This document shows positions 16,289 through 28,100 of a DNA stretch of 64,000 nt, piece by piece. Each line of letters begins with the position of its first letter. Position 1 is the stretch's first letter. Both the position numbers and the translations under genes were made by a program. Location: positions 72,936-136,935 of IMG/VR virus record IMGVR_UViG_3300032038_000011; one strand, given 5' to 3'. Source of the stretch: a virus. Lineage: Duplodnaviria > Caudoviricetes. The notes beneath the pieces are model-generated. The model had not been told where the DNA came from. It saw only the letters and a program-made list of their open reading frames with translations, and searched no databases.

Positions 16289-17054
16289 TACTGAGACTTT
16301 AAAATTTTTAAAAGGCTCTCCAGTTTTTTTAGAAGATATTTGCGCGGTTTATCCTGTTACAATTGGAGAAATTGTTGACGAGGGTTATGATAATTTTCAA
16401 AAATATTTAGGAATATTAATTTCAGAAAAGCCTATTGTTAATTCTAAAGATGATCCTGAATTAAAAGAAATGTTAGATAATTTAACAGATTTTCAGTATC
16501 TATTACTAATGGCTTCTATAGATTTTGAAGTTAATGATACCTTAAAGAAAGCTTTTAATTTTTTTATTAAAGAAGAAGTTGATTTTTCTTTTGACCCCGC
16601 ACAAATTATTATAGGGCCAGTTGAAGAAAACCACTTATTAACAGAGGAAAAGTTTTATGATTTACAAAGACTTTTACGTCGAATGTATTTTATAGAACAA
16701 GAGGGCGATGAAATTATTATTTATCCAGATGACCCTCCCGCAACCAAAAGGATTAAAATGCAAATGCGAGCTAATCGAGAAAAAGTTCGAAAAGCTAAAG
16801 CTAAAAAGGCTGAACGAGAAAAATCTGATTTAAAATTTTCAGATTTATTAGGAAGTATTACAATTAATGATTGCGGCTTAAACATGGATAATATATGGAA
16901 TATTACATATTATGCTTTTCACGACCAGTTAAAAAGAATGGGTTGGCGTGATCAGTTTAATATAAACAATCGCGCCGCATTAGCTGGTGCAAAATTAAAA
17001 AAATCACAACTCAAGCATTGGATGCGTTCCATTGCGAGTTCTGATAAATCATGA
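16275..17054 (+). CDS. Putative tail assembly chaperone-like protein
   Basis: Helical; IWNITYYAFHDQ C-terminal motif; adjacent to the tail tube gene. Confidence 0.4.
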   Translation: MNLTDTETLKFLKGSPVFLEDICAVYPVTIGEIVDEGYDNFQKYLGILISEKPIVNSKDDPELKEMLDNLTDFQYLLLMASIDFEVNDTLKKAFNFFIKEEVDFSFDPAQIIIGPVEENHLLTEEKFYDLQRLLRRMYFIEQEGDEIIIYPDDPPATKRIKMQMRANREKVRKAKAKKAEREKSDLKFSDLLGSITINDCGLNMDNIWNITYYAFHDQLKRMGWRDQFNINNRAALAGAKLKKSQLKHWMRSIASSDKS

Positions 17055-17071
17055 TTTAGGAGGTAACTCAC

Positions 17072-18121
17072 ATGGCTGTTAATATTTTTGAAAAATACGG
17101 TATTAAGGAAGTTGCCAATGTTTATTTTGAAGCTCTAGAAGACGATCCTAAGTCTAACGTTTATAAGGGCGACATTGTTCTATTCCTAGATACCCTAAAG
17201 GTTTCTACTATTGAAACAACTGCTGAGACCACTGATGCTACTGGTGGTTGGGGCAATCCAAAGCTAATTTCTTGGGACTATGGTAAGGAAATTACCATTA
17301 CTCTAGAAGATGCTCTAATTTCTCTAGAGTCTCTACGTTTCATGCTTGGTGGTGCTATTCATCGCTCTGGTGTAAATGAAGAGTCTGTAATTGTACGTTA
17401 TAATGAGGAAATTGAAGTTAAGGAAGATGGCAAGATTTCTATTCCTATTGACCATATTACAGGTAAGAAGTTTGCTCGTCCTATTGTTGGTACATCTGAT
17501 CATCCAATTCGTCTAATTAATTTAGGCGGTGGTAAGGATAGTGCAACTGCAGGCACTCGAACACAAATTACTAATGGAACTTTAGAAGATAATACTTCTA
17601 TTACTTTCTATAATAAAGCTATGGGCGTTGGTAGTATTTCTGGCACTGGGGATGACGCTCAAAAAATTGGTGTTGCTCCTAAAAAGGGTGATCGTATTCG
17701 TATTTTCTGGGAAGAGGAAGTAAAAGAAGCAAAAGATAAGGATTATGCTGTTGAAGTAACTATTTCTCCTGATACTTTCCCAGGTACTTATCGTGTTGTT
17801 GGCGATACTTTCATGCGTTCTCAGGCTACTGGTAAGGACGAAGCATTCCAGTTTGTAATTGGTAAGGCTAAGGTTCAGTCTAATGTAACCATTACTCTAG
17901 AAGCTGAAGGCGATCCTTCTACTTTCGAAATGACTCTAACTGTTCTACGTAGTGATGGAGATAATGGTCAAGAAATGATGAAGCTAATCCGTTATGGTAC
18001 TGCTGCTGCTGATGCTGCTAATGGTGGCGATGACATTGGTTCTCTAACTGCTCCTACAGGCGGCCAGGGCGACAATCAAGGCGGCCAGGGCGACAATCAA
18101 GGTGGCCAAACCGGTAATTAA
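17072..18121 (+). CDS. Major tail (tube) protein
   Basis: AGGAGGT RBS; high-expression codon bias; GGWGN hairpin and EGDPS motifs; followed by a terminator. Confidence 0.8.
   Translation: MAVNIFEKYGIKEVANVYFEALEDDPKSNVYKGDIVLFLDTLKVSTIETTAETTDATGGWGNPKLISWDYGKEITITLEDALISLESLRFMLGGAIHRSGVNEESVIVRYNEEIEVKEDGKISIPIDHITGKKFARPIVGTSDHPIRLINLGGGKDSATAGTRTQITNGTLEDNTSITFYNKAMGVGSISGTGDDAQKIGVAPKKGDRIRIFWEEEVKEAKDKDYAVEVTISPDTFPGTYRVVGDTFMRSQATGKDEAFQFVIGKAKVQSNVTITLEAEGDPSTFEMTLTVLRSDGDNGQEMMKLIRYGTAAADAANGGDDIGSLTAPTGGQGDNQGGQGDNQGGQTGN
18059..18109 (+). repeat. 21-bp tandem repeat (GGQGDNQ) at the tube C-terminus
   Basis: GGCGGCCAGGGCGACAATCAA twice plus a partial third copy. Confidence 0.85.
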
Positions 18122-18140
18122 TAATTGAATATAAAAATAT

Positions 18141-18175
18141 AAAACTAGGGGCATTAGCCCCTAGTTTTTATTTTT
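18141..18175 (+). terminator. Intrinsic terminator
   Basis: AAAACTAGGGGC / GCCCCTAGTTTT. Confidence 0.85.
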
Positions 18176-18177
18176 AG

Positions 18178-19068
18178 GTGGTGAATCAGATGCTTGATCA
18201 GTATTTTGGCATTAAAGAACTTTCAGAAGTTGTTTTAAAAGCCCACGACCCTATGCAATTTGGTTCAAGATACCTTGAAGCGGGAGAGCCCGTATTATAT
18301 TTTGAAAAAGTAAATATGGCTGTACTAAATGAACGACAATCTACAATTATGGCACGAGGAGGTTGGTCCAATATGCCTCGTGTTATCTGGGAGGATCGTT
18401 CAGAAGTACAATTCTCCCTTACTGAAGGTGTTATGTCTTCAATTAGTATGGGAATTTTATTAAGTGCTTCTGTTTCAGAAGCTAAGCAAAACAAAGAATC
18501 TCTTTTAGTACCTAAAAGAGAAGGTCCATTTGAATTAGAAGATGGATGTATTTATATAACACATCAACCTGTGTTATATCCTGAGAAAAAAGTTTTTATT
18601 TATCAATACGAGCGAGGAGTCGCTCAGAAAAAAGTTTTTGGGCAATTAGATCCAGAAAATAATAAATATAATCCTTTTTTAGACGAAACTGAAATATGTA
18701 TTAAAGTGTTTGAAGATAAAGAAAGGAAAAAAGAAGCGGACGCCACAAAAGAATATATTGTGGATTATTATTATGAGTATAATGATGAAGCATTGCTTTA
18801 TACAATACAAAAAGAAAGATTTAATGGATTGTTCACTCTTGAGGGTAAGTTTTACTCCAAGGATGAAAACGATGGCTTAAATTATACAAATTTGATTTAT
18901 ATGCCAAAAGTAAGAGTCGTGAGTGATATAAACTTACGCTTGGGAGAAAGGGCTGATCCAACTACGTCCGTATTTAATATTATTGGATTACCAGAAAACG
19001 TAGGCGGTAATAGAAAGGGTATGATTTTGGAGATTACGCGTTTAAGCGAAGATATAGACGCTGAATGA
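18178..19068 (+). CDS. Minor tail-tube paralogue
   Basis: FGIKEL, RGGWSN and ADPTTS motifs collinear with the major tube protein; start may be 18190. Confidence 0.7.
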   Translation: MVNQMLDQYFGIKELSEVVLKAHDPMQFGSRYLEAGEPVLYFEKVNMAVLNERQSTIMARGGWSNMPRVIWEDRSEVQFSLTEGVMSSISMGILLSASVSEAKQNKESLLVPKREGPFELEDGCIYITHQPVLYPEKKVFIYQYERGVAQKKVFGQLDPENNKYNPFLDETEICIKVFEDKERKKEADATKEYIVDYYYEYNDEALLYTIQKERFNGLFTLEGKFYSKDENDGLNYTNLIYMPKVRVVSDINLRLGERADPTTSVFNIIGLPENVGGNRKGMILEITRLSEDIDAE

Positions 19069-19103
19069 GCCACTTCCTAAGTGTAGGGAAGTGGCTCTTT
19101 TTT
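19067..19103 (+). terminator. Intrinsic terminator just before the tape measure gene
   Basis: GAGCCACTTCC / GGAAGTGGCTC plus T6. Confidence 0.8.
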
Positions 19104-19130
19104 ATTTGGTGCAAAAGGAGAGTGAAAAGT

Positions 19131-22100
19131 ATGTCTAATGAAATAGGCAGTTTTGTAGTTAGTATAAAAGCTCAAATAGAAGGTTATCAAGAGCAAATTA
19201 ACGCTATAAAAGCAAAATTAGTTGAAATTGGCAAAGATACGGATATTGGAAAAGAAATAGCGAAATCTTTAAAATTAGCTGAGTCACAAGTAGAACGCCT
19301 TGGGAAAACCATGGATAAACGTATTTCTTCAGAATCTCAAATTACGGCATTAACGGATAATTTACAAAATATTAGTCGTTTAATAATGGATATTGGAGAT
19401 TCTTTTGGGAAAGTTACTTGGAATGATTTAAATGTTGATGGTTTAAGAGATAAAATTCAAAGTGCTAAGTCTGAAATTGATAATTTAACAAACTCAATGC
19501 AAGAAAATGTTTCTAAAGGTTTTGCAGAAGCCTTAGCTTCATCTGCAGAAATGAGAGATGTTTTTAAGTCTTTAAAAATTGACCCGGCTCAAATGGGCGT
19601 AGAAGAAGTTACTGAAAAATTAAGACTTAGTTTAATTCAAGCAACTTCAATTTTAGAAAATTATAAAGCTGAATTAGATAAAATTATTCCAAAAGCAGAA
19701 GAAGCTACTCAAAAAATGAACGCTATTGAGATAGATAAAACTAAAGCAGAGCAAGCAAAAGCTAGTATTAATGACATTTTTAAAAATTTGCAAGTTGTTT
19801 CTAAAGTAGACACTAATTCTGCAGTTGGTGAACTTTATACAGAAATTGTAGGAAAATGTGATGAGTTATATTATGATTTAGATCAAAAAGGAAAAGGAAT
19901 AGTAGATAAAATTAAAGAGCTTAATTTTAAAATGTTAAATGAAACAGATCCAACAAAATTTAAAGAATATTTAACTCAAATAGATGAAAGTTTTAAACAG
20001 TTAAATGGTAAAGGTTTAACTGCGAACGTTGATGGTTTTGGCACTCGCTTAGAAAGTATTTTTAAATCTATTATGTCAGTAGATAGTCATAAATTTGTTG
20101 AAGGTATCGAGCAAGTTAGAACTGCCTTAGAAGGATTATTTGCTGATAATAAAAATTTTAATTTATCTCCAGAAGACGCAAAAAGTTTTATTGAAAAAGT
20201 TTTAAATATTGAAGCAACAAAAGAATCAATAAAAGCTAAAAGAGAAGAGGTCTCAGCACTTATAAAAAGTTATTTAACTGGAGTTTCTCAAGATTATAAA
20301 GAAGCTTCTAAAGTGGCAACTGGGTTAAATAATTCAAAAAATACTGCTCAGAAAAAATATGATGAAGCGCAAGCAAAAAGTGAAGCAATTAAAACTGCTG
20401 AAACAAAATATTTAGCTGAAATAAAAGCATTAGAAAATAAAAATGCTGAATTAAAAGCTCAATTAGATAATGCAGTAAAAAGATTAGAAGCTTTAGAAAA
20501 AGAATCTGAGTCTCGTAAAAATGGAAAATCTCCAATGGGAGATTTTGGTAGAAAACAAAAGCAAACTGCCGCTCAGTCTTTAAACGATGCTGCAAATGCT
20601 GCTGGAAAATATAGTGCTCAATTAGAACAAGTAAAAGCGCGCGAACAAGCTATTGGTAATATACAATCTTTTGTTCAAAGATGGTTTAGTGTTTATGCTG
20701 CGGCACGTTTAGTATCTAATGCGTTTAAATCCATGAAAACAAATTTACAAGATTTAGACGATATTATGACTCAAATTTCTATAGTTACTGATAAAACACA
20801 AGGTGATTTATGGAAACAAATGCCACAGTATTCTGATATGGCAAAGCAATATGCTTCTTCTATTAAAGGCGTTTATGAAGTTTCTCAGCTATACTATCAG
20901 CAAGGTTTAGGTCAAAATGATGTTATGGCTCTTACTGAGCAAACATTAAAAATGGCTAAGATTTCTGGTTTAGAATATGCAACAGCAACTGACTATATGA
21001 CGAATGCTGTTCGTTCTTTCAAAATGGAAATGTCTGATGCGCAGACTGTTGTTGATGTATATTCTGCTATTGCCGCGAGTTCTGCAACTAATACTGCGGA
21101 ATTAGCTACCGCAATGAGTAAAACTGCTTCATCTGCGCAAGCTGTTGGTTCTAGTTTCGAGAATACTTCTGCAATGATGGCAGTTATGATTGAAGCTACT
21201 CGTGAATCTGCAGAAAATATTGGTTCTGCTATGAAATCTATCATTTCTCGTTATGGTGAAATGACAAAGAGTCCTTCTAAGTTAATTGACAGCGAAGGTG
21301 AAGCAATGAGCCTTAATAAGGTTGATACTGCTTTACAATCTGTTGGAATTTCTATTCACGATGCGCAAGGTCAATTTAGAGATTTTGATGATGTTATTAC
21401 TGAATTATCAGGTAGTTGGGATAAAATTGATAAAAATACTCAACGTTACATTGCTACTGTAATGGCTGGTAATAGACAACAGTCTCGTTTCTTAGCCTTG
21501 GTTTCTAATGGAGAACGTTTAGAAGAATTAACTGAAAAAGCTGCGAATGCAGAAGATACAGCTACTTTACAAGTATTAAAAACTATGGACTCTATTTCTG
21601 CAAAAGTACAACAATTGCAGACTAGTTTACAAGGTTTATATACAGAGAGTGGATTTGAAGATTTATATAAAGGTATATTAGATGGGTTAACTAGAATTAT
21701 AGATACTTTTAATAATATGCCTAAAATGTTTAATTCTATTCCAGTTACTGCTATAGCAACTTTTGCTCAATTATTTGTTAATATTGGTAGTTTAATTGGC
21801 TCTGCTGTTTCTGCTTGGAAAGCTAAGTGGTCTACTACTAGGACTGATTTAGAAAATGCTATTTCAAGTGGCACAGCGAATGGAGTTCAAGCAGCTCAGT
21901 TAAATGCTAATAGTTTAGTTAGAATGTTTGAGAGTGCTGCAAATAGAATTAAAAATGTATTAACTGGAGCAATTGCGCAAGGAACTTCTCCAACCTCTAA
22001 TGAATTAATTACAACTAATACAAAATATCAGCCAATTGAAGTTAATAAAAAATGGAGTGAAGAAAAGCAACAAGCTGCTACTGCTTATAATAATACTTTT

Positions 22101-25100
22101 AATACTCCTCAAACAGAAGCTATTCGAGAGAAAAATTATCAACAAGCTCTTGATTTAGGGCTAATGAAACCTCAATTAACTTTTTGGCAGCAATATGGTA
22201 CTACGATTAGTAATGCTGCTCGTGCAGCTGGTGCTGGTTTACAAATTTTATCTGCTACAATGGATAAAACTACTAGAAGTGGAGAAAAAAGTGCAGCAGC
22301 AGTTAATTTATTAGGTGGTGCTTTAACTACTGCTGGATATATAGGTATGGGCCCAATGGGCTGGGCTGGCGCGGCTGTTACTGCTATTACTACTTTAATT
22401 AATGTAACAGACGCTTTTATTGAGACTTCTCAAGAAAAAGTAAAACGACTACAAGAAGCAGCTACAAAATCAAATAATGAATTTTTACAAAAGAAAACAG
22501 ATTATAAAGAATTAGATGAACAAATTAAAAAAGTAGATGAATTAAAGAAAGCTCGTTTTGATAGTGCTGAAGCTAATAAAGAATATTTAGACGCCAGTAA
22601 TGCTTTAGCTTCTTTAGCTCCTGATTTAATTTCTTATATTGATAGCGAAGGCAACGCAGTATTAGATTTAAGTAAATCATATGAAGTTTTGTCTGAAGCT
22701 CGTAGACAAGCTGCTGAAAGTGGAAAAGAAGCCGGGCAAAATAGTGTTGATTTAGCTCTTGCTCAAGAAGAAGAAGCAAATGAGAATTATAATAAAGTTA
22801 TAAGTCAAATTGCTAGTGAAATAACAAATATTGATTTTGAAAGTGCTATGCCTTTCGCAAGACGAAATGTAATTAATAATGCTAATATTTCTGAAAATAA
22901 TAAAGGTTTTTATCAAGATTTCTTTAAAAACTTTTTTGAAAGTAGTCAAGGTATAGGCGTTTTAAATGGAACAAGTGATATTGGTCAAGCAGTTGATGAT
23001 TATCTTTTAAGTCTTGAAACTGATATTGAAATTAGCTCTGAGCAATATCATGAAATTATAGAATTAATGACAGAAATGGGAGCACAAGGATTATCTACTG
23101 TAAAAGAAGCTTTTAATTTTGATGATATAGATCTATCTGATTTTGAAGAAGAAAAAGAAGAAGTTAGTCAAGGTGCTGTTAATAAAGTTAAAGATTGGAT
23201 TGCAGATTTATCACGCGGTACAGAACAAGTGTCTTTTGATAGATTATTAAGTGATAATATTGGTGGAATTAATTGGGATGAATTAAATCAAGCAACACAA
23301 GAAAGTATTTTAAATTTCTTGGATGAAAATTCTAAACTTTATGCTGATAGGATTAGAAAAATATATTCTGTTAAAAAATCAGAACCTGAAAAAGAAATTG
23401 AAGTTCCAAAAAATTATGAGCAATACTATAATGCTTTTGAAGAAATAATGCAAAATATATCAGGTATAGAAAATGCAGAAAGTGAAACAGAAAAAACAGA
23501 GAAAGCTCAAGAATTAATTTCTTCAATAATTGAAAACGAAGAAATTGTTAAAGAGCTTTTAAATGATCAAAATGATGAATTTTGGAATTTTATAAAAGAA
23601 AATTTTTCTATGAGCGAAGAAGAAATAGCTCAAATAAAAGATAATTTAACAAAATATCTTGATTTAACTAATAAAGGTTTACCTGCTCGTCAAAAGAAAA
23701 TTGCTGCTGAACTAAATACAAGAAATACAGAATTAAAAAATCTTCAACAATCAATTTGGTTAGAAGGAGAAGCATTAGAAAATTCAAATAAACAAGAAGA
23801 TATTAGTAAACAAGAAATGCTTAAAAATTTGCCAAATGCTAATGATTTAATTACTCAATACATAACTTATATGTATGATAATTTTGATGGCGCTAGTGGA
23901 GATTATGCTAAAGAAGATTTTACTGGAGATTATCAAAAAATTACAGAGGCTTTATCTAATTTATATTCTAATATGACAAAAAATGAAATACAACAATTTT
24001 CTCAATTAATTGAAAATAAAGGAAAATATTCTGAAAAAGAATTAAATGATAAAATTGCTAATTTAATTGGTGAAAATAAATTAGACCCTGAAATTTCTAA
24101 AGCTATTTCTAAATATTATGAAAAAGTATTAAATCAAGAAAAAGTTGGACAACTTTTAGAAGAACGCGCGAATAAAATTAATATTGATAATTTAATGGTT
24201 AATACTAAAAATTTATTAACTGGAACAACAGATTTGCTCGGCGCGGATGAATGGCAAAAATTTGTAGAAGTTTATGATAACATTGCTTCTTTACAAAAAG
24301 ATGGTTCTATTTCTATGAAAGAAGCTTCTACTGCTTTAGAGCAATATGCAACTATTTTAACAACAATTAGTAAGGCAGTTCCTGCTGATAAAATAGATGA
24401 AGTTTCAAGCATTATTGAAAATTGGGATGATTTTTCTTTTGTTGGTTTAGATGAATTACGTAAAAAATTAAAAGATGTTGGCTTAAATGATAATTTAACA
24501 AATCAATTAATTCAACAAGCAACAGATTTTTCTAAATTAATACCAGAAAATTTAATCGTTGATTTTGACAGTTTAAGTCAAAAAATGATTACTGAATCAG
24601 AGAATTTTTCTAAGGCGCTAAGTAAAGCTTCAAAAGGAATGGATATAAAAGATGCTACTGAAATGGCATCTAAATTAGATGTTTCTGTTACCGATTTTAC
24701 ATTTAAAAATGGTAAATATTTTATTGAAAATGCGGAAGCTATCCAGCAAGCCTATACTGGTATTAGTGATCAGTTAATGGAAGATTTAAATACAGAATAT
24801 GATTCTGAATTACAATCTTTAGGACAAGAAGCTTACAAAGCTGGTATTTCAGGAGATAAAGAAAAAGTAAAAAAGATTAACAAACAAATTGCTGAATTAA
24901 AAAATAAAAAAGCAGAATTAGACACTATAATCGAGCAGTGGGGCAAATATCAAACTGCTGAAATATTACTTCAAATGGGTCAAATTGACACATTTTTAGA
25001 TCTTTTAAAAATTGAAGATACTGATCGTAGAGCTAGTATTGAAGAGGCTATTAAATCTGGAAATATTGATGAAATTAATAAATTTGAAGAATTATCTCCT

Positions 25101-28100
25101 TTTACAGAAAGTATTGTAAAAACTTATGGAGAAATTGTTTCTGGATTGACTAGTCAATTAGCAGATAGTGTTAAAAAAGGAAGTATTTTAGTTCAAAAGA
25201 ATGGAACGAATGATTCTTATTTAGAATCTTTAGTCGCGGCAGGATTAGCTGATTATAATGAGGCTAAAGATGGAATTATTATTAATACTACTGATAAAAC
25301 TTTCAATGATGTAATAAGTTGGCTTAAACAATATAATCCTAATCCTAATATGTCTAATGCAGAATATGCTGAAGCATACGAAACATTATTTAACGCATTT
25401 AATAAAGATTTAGTAAATAAATTTACCAATTTAATAACTGATAGTTCTGTTTCTATGAAAGATGCTTTGTCTTATACTTTAGCTTCAGGTGGAGCAGCCG
25501 ATGATGTTTATTCAGTAATGTCTGAATTAGGCTTTACTTTTGATGAAGTAACACAAAGTTTCGTAAATAGTACTAAAGATTATGAAGGCCTTAAAAATAA
25601 ATTAGAAGAAATAATTAAAGATAGTGATAATTTACAAGAAGTTAATGAAGCAAAAGCTAAATTGGCTAAATTAGAAAATGAACCAGTTCGTAATTTATCA
25701 AGTTCTGTAACAGATTTAGTACAACATCGAAATGATCTTACTGAGGATATGATTAAAAATTTTGCCAAGGCTATTGGAGAAGATTTTGATGCTCTTATTG
25801 ACGGGCATTACTTTAGTAGTAATGGTAAAGGTGGCTATAGATTAGATCGAAGTGGTACTTTAAATTTACTTATTGCTAAATATGGAGAAGCTAGCGAAGT
25901 TGTTAATAATTTTAAAAATAGTTTATTTGATAGTGCAATTGCTGATTTAGAAAAAATTGGGAATATTCAATTTAAAGGAACTACTAATTTTTCTGATATG
26001 CAAACTGCTGTAGATAATATTAATAGTAGTTTAGATTCTAATTTATCTGTAGATGAAATTTTTGAATACAATGACAAATTACAAGCTTGGGTATATAGTC
26101 AAGAAGGTATTAAGAGTACAGTTGAGGCCGCGAAAAAAGAAGCAGAAAAAGCTGAAAAAGATGGCAAAGATACTCAAAAAATACTAGAGAAAACTATTGG
26201 AGAATCTTTCTTAGGTGATATTGATTTATCTTCTTTTATTAGTGGTAATTTAGATAAAACAAGTCAACAATGGACAAAAATACAAAGTGCAATTAGTGCT
26301 TATAATACTGCCATAGAACAAGTTGGCGGAGAAATGATTTCTAGTTCTGAAGAACTTTATACTGTATTAAGCAAAGGTGGTAATGAAGCCGTACAAGCAG
26401 CTAAATCTATCGCAGAGACGGGTAACCAAGAATTTAGTTCAGAAGATGCTAAAACAGCTTATTTATCAGAAATTACTCAATTGAAATCTATTTCGGAAGA
26501 AATTAATAATATGACTATTGGTTCTATAATTAGTGGATCAACTAAAGCGATATTAGAAACTATTGAAGGTTATGATTTTTCTGAACAACCAATTGAAGGA
26601 ACTAATAGTTATATTCTTACAGCTATGGGCTCAGTTTCAGAAGCTTTATTAGACGTTTATAAAACAATGATTGCAGAAGGCAGTGAAGCCACCATTGAAG
26701 AAATTAATACTGCTGGTGCACAATATTATACTGCTTTAGACAACGAAAATGGTACAGTTAGTGCTATTAATACACTAAAGAATGCAATGAATATGTCTTA
26801 TGATGATTTAGGGAAAATATTTACATCAAAAGGCATGGATATGGTAGAATTATTAGGAGAAAATTTTGAAAAAGCTGCAGATTATGGTATTAAACGTAAT
26901 TTTGATGGTACAGTTCAAATTTTTGATTTTGATTCTTTAGCTTCTAAAATGAATTGGGACCCAGATTCTCCTGAATATGTTGAGGCACTTAATCAATATC
27001 ATGATTCATTAATTACTTATAATAAACGAGTTAGTGATAGTATTAAAGATGAATTTGGAAAATTAACTTCTACTAACATTGGTGATGAAATTAATTTAAC
27101 TTATTTAGTTAAAGCTTTTGGCGAAAATACAGATAAATTAGCTTCTTTACTTGGTGTTGCTCCAGAAGATTTAACAGATGGAATTGTGACGGCAACAAAA
27201 GATACTGCTTCAAAAGCTGTTTCAATTATGGCAAAAATTATTGAAAATCAAGGCTCTATTGAAGGAATTGATTTAGAAGGATTAAGCTTAGATGAAATTT
27301 GGGCTACTTATAGCGAAATTATAAAAAATGCTCAATCTGAAATTAGTTCTGCTCAATCAACTTCAATTTTAAGTTCTCAAACGGCAGCTTTATTAGTATC
27401 TTATAATAGTGCTTGGTCTGATAAATTGAGTAGTGATGGAACTATAGTTTTAAGTTCTGCAGAAGAATATATTCAAGCTACATCTGATATTTATCAAATT
27501 GTAAAAGAATCTTTTGAAGCTGGAAAATCTGATTTACAAACTTTAAATAATTCTTTTGCCAATTTAATTAAGGCTAATAATTCACAGGATAGTGCTGTAA
27601 ATTCAATGCTTTCTTCCGCGGCAAATTTATCTGTAGATACTTTAAATAATTTTGCTACAGGAATGGGACGTGAATTAGAAGATTTTATAGATGAATCTGG
27701 TAAACCTTTATTAGATAGTATAAAACGTGTTGGCATAGATAGTTATCAAGTAACTAACTGGCAAGATTATATTGCAGAATTACAAAATAAATTAGGAATT
27801 AGTATAGATAATACAACTCAAGATTATATTAATGCTTATATAGCTTGGTTAGATAGTGAAGCTAATACCGCTCCTAACCCTAAAGAGGCATTAATGACTT
27901 CCTTAATTCCAAATTTAGAAAAGTTATCTTATGCTGAAATTGGTCAAATTGCTAAAACTTTTGAAATGACTGTAGAACAAGTTTTAGCTTTAGTTGAAAA
28001 TAATGGGGATAATACTTTTAATGCGAAAGATTTATTAAATGTCTTACCAATTGATAAAACTAATGAAGAATTCGCGCGAGCATTATCAACTCAGTTACAA

